A DNA stretch of 64,000 bases from assembly GCA_965243025.1 (NCBI GenBank), contig CBDETY010000003.1, positions 3,232,001-3,296,000 of the forward strand. Direction: 5' to 3'. The notes under the pieces were generated by a model, which had not been told where the DNA came from, did not search any database, and saw only the letters and a list, made by a program, of their open reading frames with translations. The stretch is from Candidatus Latescibacterota bacterium (lineage in GTDB: Bacteria > Latescibacterota > UBA2968 > UBA8231). Below, piece by piece: positions 48,050 through 57,380 of the stretch; the stretch's first letter is position 1; every line of letters begins with the position of its first letter. The position numbers and the translations under genes are program-made.

Positions 48050-48144
48050 CGAATCATTGCCTCCTGTTCCACCTCTCGTCGGGTTCCTTGTAATCGCGCC
48101 GGACGCACCGGTGGACCGTACCTCCGCTTCCGGGGCTCCTGGAT

Positions 48145-49620
48145 CTATTCGCGCTCAACTGTCATCCCTCTGCCTCGCTTTTGGCGCAGGCACCACTCAT
48201 AAGGACCGGGCCCGGTGCGCCCGATCATCGCGGCGATCTGCCCCCGCATCGCGGCGGCCCGCTCCGTGAAACCGCCATCGCCGGCGAGGTTGTCCATCTC
48301 GCCCGGGTCGGCGTCGAGGTCGTACAGCTCGTCGATATCGAAGCGGTTGAGGACATACTTCCAGTTGCCGTCGCGGACCATCACGTGGGCGGCGAGCTGT
48401 TCCGGCTCCCCGGCGCCGTGGTAGATGGCTTCCTGGCTGGCGATCTCGGCGAAAATGGGCATGGGGTCCGGCTCCCGGCCGTTCCGTATCGCCTCTGCGA
48501 CGGAACGCCCGTCGACCGGGGCCGGCGGAGTTTCATCTGCCAGTTCGAGCAGCGTCGGCATCAGATCGACCCCGGCCAGCGGCGCCGACACCCGCAGCCC
48601 TGCGGGCAGCTGTTCAGGCCATGAAATCAGGCAGGGAACCCGAACCGACGCTTCGTACATAAGGCATTTCTCGACGTATCCATGGTCGCCCAGCAGTTCA
48701 CCGTGGTCACTCATGAATACGACAATCGTATTGTCGAAAAGATCCCCTTCTTCGAGGGCTTCGAGGATGCGCCCCACCTGGGCGTCGATGTGGGTGACCA
48801 GAGCGTAGTAGAAGGCGGTCATGCGGCGGAATTCCGCGTCGGTCACCGAAGGCCGGATGCGGAACTTTCCCCGCTTCTGAAAGTCCGGTTTCCCCTCGAG
48901 CGGATCCCGAAGGGAGGAAGGGAGCGGCATCCGTTCCTCGGGGTAGTTCTCCAGCAGCTCGGGCGGTACCAGGATCAGGGGATGAGGATCCTTTACGCTG
49001 GCGAACAGGAAGAACGGGTCATCCCCTTTCTGCCGGATGAACTCGAGAGACCGGTCTATGGTCCAGGTCGTGCGCTGCTGCCGGGGGTCATCGATCGTTC
49101 CGAACCCGAGGGTGTTTTCGTACAGGGTCATCCCCGGGGCGTCCGCGCCATACAGGTTGGGAACCCCTTCCCGTTGGAAGTACTCGAACAGCGGATCGGG
49201 ATGCTCCCCCAGGTAACGGTAGGTGCACCAGAAGTCGGTGAACCCGTGCTGCGGGCGGTGATCCTCCCCCAGGTGCCAGGGTCCGACCATGCCGCAGCGG
49301 TATCCCGCCGCTTTCAGGACATCCCCGACGGTAACGCAGCCGGCAGGCAGGGAGGCGCCGAACTCCCCGATTCTGGCGGGGCCGTAGTTGCGCAGCTGCA
49401 GGTGGGCGTGCGGGTAGAGTCCGGTAAGCCAGCTCGCCCGCGCCGGGGAACAGACCGGGGAAGCGCAGCAGGCGTTCTCGAAGCAGACACCGCCCGCGGC
49501 CAGGCGGTCGAGGTTCGGCGTCCGGACCGTGGGGTTGCCGGCGAATCCGGCCGCGTCCCAGCGCATCTGGTCGCACATGATCAGCACGATGTTCGGGCGT
49601 GGGTCCGGCCTGACGCTCAT
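48145..49620 (-). CDS. Sulfatase (formylglycine type)
   Basis: PNIVLIMCDQ, CSPARASWLTG, SDHGE, K..MYE. Confidence 0.93.
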   Translation of the reverse strand: MSVRPDPRPNIVLIMCDQMRWDAAGFAGNPTVRTPNLDRLAAGGVCFENACCASPVCSPARASWLTGLYPHAHLQLRNYGPARIGEFGASLPAGCVTVGDVLKAAGYRCGMVGPWHLGEDHRPQHGFTDFWCTYRYLGEHPDPLFEYFQREGVPNLYGADAPGMTLYENTLGFGTIDDPRQQRTTWTIDRSLEFIRQKGDDPFFLFASVKDPHPLILVPPELLENYPEERMPLPSSLRDPLEGKPDFQKRGKFRIRPSVTDAEFRRMTAFYYALVTHIDAQVGRILEALEEGDLFDNTIVVFMSDHGELLGDHGYVEKCLMYEASVRVPCLISWPEQLPAGLRVSAPLAGVDLMPTLLELADETPPAPVDGRSVAEAIRNGREPDPMPIFAEIASQEAIYHGAGEPEQLAAHVMVRDGNWKYVLNRFDIDELYDLDADPGEMDNLAGDGGFTERAAAMRGQIAAMIGRTGPGPYEWCLRQKRGRGMTVERE

Positions 49621-49624
49621 TCAC

Positions 49625-50479
49625 TCAAACCTCCCGGCGAGGCGGATCGTACCTGGGAAAGAACGCCCCCTCACCGCATTGCCCTTCCCCGACCTTGGCC
49701 GCCTGCCCGCCGCCGGTAACCGGAAACCTCGCCCCGTCCAGTCCCGGCAGGACGTAGCGGTCGAACCAGGCGCTCATCTGTAGGCGCATGTTCGCTATCA
49801 GTGCCTTCCGCGACCTGTCTTCCACCAGGTTGCTCCGCTCCCCCGGGTCGTTCACCAGGTCGTAGAGCTCGTGGGGACCGTACGGATACCGGTGGACGTA
49901 CTTCCACTCCCGCGTGCGGATCATGCGCACCGGACCGTACTCGTCGAAGACGACGATCTCCTCCCCGGCGTCGTTCGTCTCTCCGACAGCGCGGGGAGGA
50001 AGCTCCTGCCGGGGGACATGTCGTCGTTCGGATCCGGCAGGCGGAGGTAGTCGAGCAGGGTCGGCATGAAGTCGTACTGGCTCACCATCGCCTCGCTGAC
50101 CCGTCCGGCGGGGATCCTGCCGGGGTGGCTGACGATGAAGGGGACCTTCACGGAGTTCTCGTACATGTTCAGCGGGAAGGTGCCGTTCCCCTTGTGCCAG
50201 AACCCGTGGTGTCCGCACGAGTACCCGTTGTCGCTGCTGAAGGCGACCAGGGTGTTGTCGCGGATACCGAGCTGCCCCAGCCGTTCGAGGATCCGCCCGA
50301 CGTTTAGGTCGAGGGCCGTTATTGCCGCCGGCCGGCATGGCGAACCAGTGGCTGAAGCCGCCTTCCGAGGCCAGCCGGTCGAGAAAGGGGGTCCGTATCT
50401 CGTCGTTGCCGCAGCAGCCGGCGGCCCACGGCCCCCGGTCGTCCGTCAGGATGAAAACGAGGTTGGGTTTCTTCTCCAT
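49625..50479 (-). pseudogene. Sulfatase with internal deletions (active-site motif lost) and frameshifts
   Basis: KPNLVFILTDD..TPFLDRLASEG jumps to GFSHWF with no CxPxR. SDNG..KGNGTFPLNMYE is in another frame. ELYDL..DPGE returns to the first frame. Confidence 0.88.
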
Positions 50480-50519
50480 TCCCGGGCCAGGGCTCCCCGG
50501 TAAACCTCCAGCCGGCTCC

Positions 50520-52295
50520 TCAATTTTCCGAGTTGCCAAAGCTGTCCGCAAACAGAAAGAAATCACCGAAGTCCACAGTTCCGCTGCCGTCGAGGTCGTA
50601 ACGGCCTTCGTCGCTCCCGAAGGCGTCGACAAACAGAAAGAAATCGGAAAAACCCACTTCGCCGTCCCTGTTGAAGTCGGCGGCCAGGCCGGTGCCGGTT
50701 CCAGAGCTTTCCGTAAACACAGGTACTTCTACAACAAGATCATCAAAGAAGTACCCGTCGAGCATGCGCGACCTTACGGTCAACAGAAGCCTGGTGTCTT
50801 CTTCGATGCCGACGCTGCGGTTGAAGGTGATTCCTACTGTCGCCTCGGTAGGACTGACTCTTTCAATGGCATCGGGATCGAGTGCCACTCCATTGATGCC
50901 GGTTATATACAGAATGTCCTTGAGATCCATGTCCGGGATTCTTCGACTGAACCTGCCTCCCTTCACCGTCAAGGTCAGTACGGCCCCGTCCAGGGTCTCC
51001 TCCGTCAAGGGGGCCGGCGTTGAAACAGAGACCCTTACAAGGTCGATGTCCACATACATATCCGGGTTGGCATCCACCAGGGCATAGAGAGGTGATTTGT
51101 CCTCGATGGGGTTCCCCCACAGGTGCAGGTAAGCCAGTTGCACGAGATCCCGCAAGGGAGACACGTCGCTGATTTGATTCGACGTCAGGTACAGGTAGGT
51201 CAGCTCGGAATCAGCGAACTGTGCCAGAGGCTCGATATCGACTATCCGGTTGTCTGACAGATTCAGGTCCTTGAGGGAAGACTGACCCAGAGATCCCAGG
51301 GGGTTGATGTCGACGATTTGATTCTGAGAAAGGTCGAGTTCGGTCACTTCCGAGCCGGCAAGGTTTGTCAGCAGTCCTATGTCCCGTATCCGGTTATTGC
51401 TGAGATCGAACTTTTCGGAAAGCTGGGTCCACGTCCATCGGAAAAGGGGGGACAGATCGCGAATCTGATTGCTTTCTGCTGAAAATTCCGTCAGGGTGAG
51501 TCGGGAAACGGGAGTCAGATTCTGAATCTGATTGCCTCCGAGGTACAGCTTTGAAAGTCTGGTGAGACCGCTCAATACACCAATGTCCCGGATCCGGTTC
51601 CCCTGCAGGTTCAATTCGGTCAACTCCAGGTCGGCCAGGGCGGATATGTCCTCTATCTCATGTCCTCCGAGGTACAACCTTTCCAGGTTGATTGCATGTT
51701 CCAGTCCCGTCAGGTCAGCGACCTTTTCATCAGGGGCAAGTACGTCATCCCAATGGATATCGTCATAGTAGTCCTTCATAAAAAACAGCCCGGTCAAATT
51801 CAGCAATTCCGATTCGGGGATTTTCCTGACTTCGATGTGCGGGCCAACCGCGTCTATGTTGAGAGAAATCCGGGTTGCCCATGCCAGGAACATGTCGGAG
51901 AATTCAATCCGGGGGAGAGGTTGAACCAGGGTCGTCCCCGGTACGGACGCGGACCAGGGGTCAGGGTCTTCGGGATCGATGCCGCATTCACTCAGGTTGG
52001 TATTGCGGTAGCGCACAATGTATGCGGTTCCCGGCTCAAGGTCCTGGAAAAAAACAAGGATTGTTCTGTCCCCTCGCGGCGTCCTTCCGTGGTCGACGAG
52101 GTGGCAGGTAGTCCCCCACTCCTCTTCAAGTTCTTCACGTATCTGAACCTGGTATGCGTTTACCTCACCAAAAAAGAAGTGATCCGTGAAAGTCAGTTTC
52201 AAGGAGGTATTCGTTTCACCGGGAACCAGGGTCTGACCGTAAACCGGGACTACTCCCAGGAGCGCCATAATTATCCACACGGGTTTCCGTTTCAT
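50520..52295 (-). CDS. Secreted internalin-like LRR protein with FN3-like N-terminus and C-terminal dockerin/EF-hand-like pair
   Basis: Signal peptide, LEPGTAY, LxxLxLxxNxIxDxxPL repeats, ADFNRDGEVGFSDF..DLDGSGTVDFGDF. Confidence 0.88.
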   Translation of the reverse strand: MKRKPVWIIMALLGVVPVYGQTLVPGETNTSLKLTFTDHFFFGEVNAYQVQIREELEEEWGTTCHLVDHGRTPRGDRTILVFFQDLEPGTAYIVRYRNTNLSECGIDPEDPDPWSASVPGTTLVQPLPRIEFSDMFLAWATRISLNIDAVGPHIEVRKIPESELLNLTGLFFMKDYYDDIHWDDVLAPDEKVADLTGLEHAINLERLYLGGHEIEDISALADLELTELNLQGNRIRDIGVLSGLTRLSKLYLGGNQIQNLTPVSRLTLTEFSAESNQIRDLSPLFRWTWTQLSEKFDLSNNRIRDIGLLTNLAGSEVTELDLSQNQIVDINPLGSLGQSSLKDLNLSDNRIVDIEPLAQFADSELTYLYLTSNQISDVSPLRDLVQLAYLHLWGNPIEDKSPLYALVDANPDMYVDIDLVRVSVSTPAPLTEETLDGAVLTLTVKGGRFSRRIPDMDLKDILYITGINGVALDPDAIERVSPTEATVGITFNRSVGIEEDTRLLLTVRSRMLDGYFFDDLVVEVPVFTESSGTGTGLAADFNRDGEVGFSDFFLFVDAFGSDEGRYDLDGSGTVDFGDFFLFADSFGNSEN

Positions 52296-52395
52296 AAACA
52301 CCCCTTTCAAAGGAGCCGCAGCCATGTCAGAAGTAAATCTGCCCAGGTGAGTTATATCCCAATCGAGGCGTCTCAATTCATCCCCTTCCGGCCCT

Positions 52396-52690
52396 TCACA
52401 GACGCCCCCGAAATTCCATCCTGCGATTCAAGGTGTCTCCATCCAATTGATACAGAAAGAGAGCGGGCTCAGGCGGTGGAGCGTCCCCGCGAAACTCGGC
52501 AATCAGCTCCGCAATGGTCTCATCGTCCGGAACTTCGAGCCCGGCTCCTCGAATTGCTTGCGTATGAATGCTTCCACCGTCATTCCATCGATAAGAATGT
52601 CCCACTCTCCCTCAGGAACAAGGGACAGGGTGTTTCATTGTTCGGCGGCTTGACTCGCGCCTGACGAGGTAACTGTCTCCTGGTTTCTTC
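52396..52690 (-). pseudogene. Decayed tandem paralog of 52867..53385
   Basis: Across frameshifts it reads NTLSLVPEGEWDILIDGMTVEAFIRKQFE / GLEVPDDETIAELIAEF..YQLDGDTL, matching DSLSIVPDGPPEILVDG..EF..YLLEGDLL. Confidence 0.75.
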
Positions 52691-52866
52691 AAGGCCATTG
52701 AGATCCTTTCGGTTAGACTGGCGATTTTGAGCTGGTGATGCCGATCCAGATCTGGTACGCCCGGATCGGATGATGTAAAGAGGGCCGCAACCTGTCCGCG
52801 AGAGGAGGGTCCGGAAGCTGCTGAGACCTCCGGATCCAGGTACAGACAAGCCACGGCCCGCAACGT

Positions 52867-53385
52867 CTATCGCCTTCTCTTGATCCTTCCCCAACTCATT
52901 GATTCCACTGTGGTTGCTTCGGGAACACGGCTCAGGAGGATCTCCCCTGTATCGGTTGACAACGTCAGGAGGTCTCCCTCCAGGAGATACCCGAAGGTCA
53001 CCGGCCCGTAGTCCGGAAGGGGGTCCCCGAGAAACTCACTGGCGATTTCCGTCACAACGGAGTCGCTGGGAGCCTCCAGACCGGCATCCTCGAACTGACG
53101 GCGTACGAAGGTCTCCGCGTCAACGCCGTCTACCAGGATCTCCGGGGGGCCGTCCGGGACAATGGACAGGCTGTCCTCTGTTGCCGTGTAACTGCCCCTC
53201 ACAATGGTTTCAAGGGTGACTTCCAGGACATCCGCGGATATCTCGACAAGGATGGTCATGGTGAAAGCGTCGTCGGTGAAAGCGAAGCGGTACTGTTCTC
53301 CCTCGGGGAAGGTGCCTTGCCATTCTCCCGGGAGCTGTGCCGTTGCCGTCGATGCAAGGAAGAGAAGAGGAAACAGATATTTCAT
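52867..53385 (-). CDS. Secreted lipocalin-like hypothetical protein with SWG tag
   Basis: AAAGGAG RBS, MKYLFPLLFLASTATA, LPGEW..GSY..YLLEGDLL, ends TTVESMSWGRIKRRR. Confidence 0.78.
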   Translation of the reverse strand: MKYLFPLLFLASTATAQLPGEWQGTFPEGEQYRFAFTDDAFTMTILVEISADVLEVTLETIVRGSYTATEDSLSIVPDGPPEILVDGVDAETFVRRQFEDAGLEAPSDSVVTEIASEFLGDPLPDYGPVTFGYLLEGDLLTLSTDTGEILLSRVPEATTVESMSWGRIKRRR

Positions 53386-53442
53386 TTTTCTCCTTTCGGT
53401 TTCTCTGACCGCCTGCGACCCGAAAAACCGGGCCGTACAAAT

Positions 53443-53590
53443 ATAACCTCCCATGAGTGATAAACTGGTGTAAATAGGGGTTTATTTAGTGGTATCTTTA
53501 TGGAATTTGGTGGAAAATAGACACATTTCTGCCGATTCCGCTTGAAATCATGCCCCGACCAGGAGAGGAGAGAATGAAAACGGGCTGCGG
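53443..53590 (+). repeat. Copy A of a ~150-bp AT-rich leader (promoter region, RBS, first codons)
   Basis: Collinear with 54711-54860, sharing agtggtatctttatggaa, tgaaatc, gaccagga and atgaaa. Confidence 0.85.
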
Positions 53591-53730
53591 GGCAGTGTTC
53601 GGGGCGGCTTGTTTTCGATTACGGCACGAAGCTCGCCTTGATGCGCGCCCATGAGGCGGGCTTGACCGCACTGTCGCCGCTGTCGATGCCACCGGCCGGA
53701 AGCAGGATCCCATCCATCAGGAGGTCGCCT

Positions 53731-54437
53731 TCACTGACTGCAAAATCGTATGCAGTCATCCCGAAGTAGTCGCCGAGCACGTAAGGCTTGCCCGCAAAAT
53801 TGCTGCTCGCCCCATGAGTACCCGGCTGTTCTGATCGCGAACTTGGTCAAAGAAGCCACGCCGTGCCGGTCGAGCTTGTCCATGATGCGCTGCCGGTACG
53901 TGTGGACGGTGTTCTCGCCCAGGTTCGGTTGCCGGGCAATTTGCGCTGTCGTCAGGTCCTCGCTGATGAGCCGCAGCACCTCGCGCTCCCGCTCGCTCAG
54001 CTCCGGATGGGGGGCAAACCTCTGCATCTGGTCGTACACGGCCCCGGCCAACTCCGGGCTCAGGTAGGTGCGGCCGGCCAGGGCCGCCCGCACCGCCCGC
54101 AGCACCTCGACCGGGGCCGCCCCTTTCACCACGTACCCCGAGGCCCCCGCCTCCAGCATGCCGGCGACGTACTGCGGGTCGTCGTGCACCGACAGGGCCA
54201 CCACCTTCACCTCCGGGGCCCGGACGAGGACCTGCGCGTCGCTTCGACTCCGCTCAGGTCGGGCAGGGATACGTCCATGACCACCACGTGCGGCCGGCAG
54301 GACGCGGCCAGCTCCACCGCGGTGCGCGCGTCCCCGGCTTCGGCCACCACCTCGAACTCCTCGTCCTGCGCGAACAGGGCGCGCAGGCCGTCGAGCACCA
54401 GCTCGTGATCGTCCACCAGCAAAACGCGGATCGCCAT
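53731..54437 (-). pseudogene. NarL/FixJ-family response regulator with frameshift
   Basis: MAIRVLLVDDH..VMD (54207..54437) shifts frame near 54238 into VKVVALSVH..GYVVKG..LSEREREVL..TVHTYRQRIMDKL. Confidence 0.88.
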
Positions 54438-54439
54438 CG

Positions 54440-54700
54440 GGAGTTCTCCTTTCGCTCCAGCGCCGGGGAAGGGACCGCCAGGCTCGGTTGCCTCTCGTCG
54501 CGGCGCAGGGACCCTGCCGCCGCGTCCGCGCCGACATGCCGGGCGACGTTGAGCAACAGCTCGCGAAGGCAGCGGAACAACGCAGCGCGCAGACCCTCGC
54601 CGGCCACCTCGCAGTTCCCCTCGCTTTGCAGGCTGACCCGCAGCCCGTGCTCCTTCTCGGGGTGCCCGGCGAGCGAGCGCAGGCCGGCCACCAGTCCGAC
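54440..54700 (-). pseudogene. Fragment of a NarX/UhpB-type histidine kinase ATPase domain
   Basis: LFRCLRELLLNVARH N-box present. H-box and G-boxes absent. Confidence 0.7.
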
Positions 54701-54710
54701 CTCAGTAAAA

Positions 54711-54860
54711 ATAACTCCCCCTGAGTGACAAACCGGTGGAAATAAGGGCTATTCCAGTGGTATCTTTATGGAAAATGGTGAAAAATGGACATTTCAGCCG
54801 ATTTCGGCATGAAATCGAGCCTGGGACCAGGAAGGAGGAGAAGATGAAAGCCGCTGCGGA
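54711..54860 (+). promoter_or_regulatory. Copy B of the leader, preceding the hybrid kinase
   Basis: Direct repeat of 53443-53590. Contains tggaaaatgg-tgaaaaatgg (10-bp period) and AGGAGG RBS. Confidence 0.6.
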
Positions 54861-57234
54861 GATGGAACGAGACAACGAGGCCCTGCGGGAGCGCCTGACC
54901 CGGTTGAGCCAGGCCAGCCTGCGCATCAACGAGAGCCTCGATTTCAACACCGTGCTGCAGGGAGTCCTGGACTCGGCCCGGTCGTTGACGGGAGCCCGCT
55001 ACGGGGTGATGACCGTCCTCGACGATTCGGGGTTTCCCGGGGACTTCCTCTCCTCGGGGATGACGGCCGAAGAGGACCGGCGGCTCTGGGACCTGCCCGA
55101 TGGGGTGCGGGTCTACGACTACCTCGGCAACTTTTCCTCCCCCCTTCGGCTCCCCGACCTGCTCGGCCATCTTCGGTCGCAGGGCCTGCCGGAGCTGCAG
55201 CAGGCCCTGCCGGTGGGTCCGGTCCTCTCCTTTCTGGCAGCGCCGGTGTTCCACCGGAACGAGCGGGCAGGAAACTTCTACCTGGCCGGCAAGGAGACCG
55301 GGGAGGAGTTCACCCGGGAAGACGAGGAGACCCTGGTCCTGTTCGCCTCCCAGGCCGCCCTGGTGATCGCCAACGCCCGCAAGTACCGGGACGAGCAGCG
55401 GGCCCGGGCCGACCTGGAGACCCTGATCCACACTTCCCCGGTAGGGGTGGTGGTCTTCGACGCGCAGACGGGTGCGACGAAATCCGTAAACCGGGAGGCG
55501 AAGAGGATCGTCGATATCCTGCGGAAGGCGGACCAGTCACCGGAGGATCTGCTCCGGATCCTTACCTTCCGGCGCGGCGACGGGAGGGAGGTCTCCCTGC
55601 GGGATTTCCCCGTGACCCAGGCGTTGAGCACCGGGGAGACGGTGCGCGCCGAGGAGATCGTCATGCAGGTGCCCGGCGGAGAGTCGGTCACCACCCTGGT
55701 CAATGCCACCCCCATCCCCTCGGAGGAAGGCGAAGTCGTCTCCTATGTGGTGACCCTGCAGGATCTGACCCCGCTGGAGGAGCAGGAGCGGCTGCGGGCC
55801 GAGTTCCTCGCCATGGTCAGCCACGAGCTGCGCGTTCCCCTGACCTCCATCAAGGGTTCGGCGGCCACCGTGCTGGACGACCCGTCCGTGCTGAACGCCG
55901 CCGGGATGGTCCTTCAGTTCTTCCGCATCATCAATCAGCAGGCCGACCACATGAGCGGGCTGATAAACGACCTGCTGGACGTTGCCCGCATGGAGACCGG
56001 CACCTTGCTGGTCAACCCCGAACCGACGTCCGTGGCCGGCCTGGTGGACCAGGCCCGCACCAGCTTCCTGAGCAGCGGGGGAGCCGACAACCTGCGGATC
56101 GAACTGCCCCCCGATCTTCCCCCCGTGATGGCGGACCGGCTGCGCATCCTCCAGATCCTGGGCAACCTGCTGTCCAACGCCGCCCGCCACGCCCCCGGGA
56201 CAACACCCATCCGGGTATCGGCGGTGCGGGAGGAGGTCCACGTGGCGGTCACGGTTTCCGACCGGGGCCGGGGAGTGCCTGCCGAGCAGCTGCCTCACCT
56301 GTTCCGGAAGTTCCCCCGCCTCGAGCCACCCGACCGGGAGGAGGGGAATTGGGGGGCTGGCCTGGGGCTGGCCATCTGCCGGGGCATCGTGGAAGCCCAC
56401 GGAGGCCGCATCCGGGCGGAAAGCGGCGGCGTGGGCCGGGGAACCCGCATCACCTTCACCCTCCCCATCGCCGAGGAGACCGGAATGGCGGTTTCGGCGG
56501 AACCGGTTCCGACCTCCCGCCGACAGCGGAAGCGCGGAGGGAAGGGGCCCCGGATTCTGGTGGTGGACGACGATCCGGAGACCCTGCGCACGGTGCGCGA
56601 CGCCCTCTTCAAAGCCGGCTGCCTGTCCATCGCAACCGGCGACCCGAAGGAGGTGTCCGGCCTCATGGAGGAGCACCGCCCCCACCTGGTGCTTCTCGAC
56701 CTCGTGCTGCCGGGGGTCGACGGCATCGAGCTGATGCAGAAGCTCTTCGAAAAAGCCCGGGTGCCGGTCATCTTCCTTTCCGCCTACGGCCAGGAAGAAG
56801 TGATTGCCCGGGCCCTGGACGCAGGGGCAGCCGACTACGTGGTCAAGTCCTTTTCGCCGACCGAACTGACCGCGAGAATCCGGGCCGTCCTGCGCCGACG
56901 GGCCGCAACCGGCCGGCCCGAACCAACCGAACCTTGTGTGCTCGGGGAGTTGACCGTCGACTACGCCCGGCGGAGGGTGACGGTGGCCGCACGCCGGGTG
57001 CCGTTGACCGACACCGAGTACCGGCTGCTGGTGGAGCTCTCCATCGATCCGGGAACGCCGGTGACCTACGACGAGCTGCTGCACCGCATCTGGGGCCTGG
57101 AGGCCTCCTCCGACCGGCGGACCTTGCGCTCGACCGTCAAGAGCATCCGCCGCAAGCTGGGAGACGAAGCCAGGAACCCCACCTACATCTTCAACGAGTC
57201 CAAGGTCGGTTATCGCCTGGGGATGGCCGAGTAA
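54844..57234 (+). CDS. Hybrid sensor-regulator: GAF-PAS-HisKA-HATPase-REC-OmpR/PhoB wHTH
   Basis: VSHELRVPL, NLLSNA, DRGRG, GLGLAIC, ILVVDDD..LLDL..K, LTDTEYRLL..IRRKLG..VGYRL. No TM segment seen. Confidence 0.9.
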   Translation: MKAAAEMERDNEALRERLTRLSQASLRINESLDFNTVLQGVLDSARSLTGARYGVMTVLDDSGFPGDFLSSGMTAEEDRRLWDLPDGVRVYDYLGNFSSPLRLPDLLGHLRSQGLPELQQALPVGPVLSFLAAPVFHRNERAGNFYLAGKETGEEFTREDEETLVLFASQAALVIANARKYRDEQRARADLETLIHTSPVGVVVFDAQTGATKSVNREAKRIVDILRKADQSPEDLLRILTFRRGDGREVSLRDFPVTQALSTGETVRAEEIVMQVPGGESVTTLVNATPIPSEEGEVVSYVVTLQDLTPLEEQERLRAEFLAMVSHELRVPLTSIKGSAATVLDDPSVLNAAGMVLQFFRIINQQADHMSGLINDLLDVARMETGTLLVNPEPTSVAGLVDQARTSFLSSGGADNLRIELPPDLPPVMADRLRILQILGNLLSNAARHAPGTTPIRVSAVREEVHVAVTVSDRGRGVPAEQLPHLFRKFPRLEPPDREEGNWGAGLGLAICRGIVEAHGGRIRAESGGVGRGTRITFTLPIAEETGMAVSAEPVPTSRRQRKRGGKGPRILVVDDDPETLRTVRDALFKAGCLSIATGDPKEVSGLMEEHRPHLVLLDLVLPGVDGIELMQKLFEKARVPVIFLSAYGQEEVIARALDAGAADYVVKSFSPTELTARIRAVLRRRAATGRPEPTEPCVLGELTVDYARRRVTVAARRVPLTDTEYRLLVELSIDPGTPVTYDELLHRIWGLEASSDRRTLRSTVKSIRRKLGDEARNPTYIFNESKVGYRLGMAE

Positions 57235-57380
57235 GGGGGCTGAGGACCGGCACCCGGAAAGGATTCGAGAGCAGAATGGGGAATGCAGAACCGCCAGGAC
57301 TCCCGCTCGACCGGTCGCTGGTGCGCCGCCGCGGGTGGCGGCCGTATCTTTCCGGTCCACCCTGCAACGAACCGGGACGG

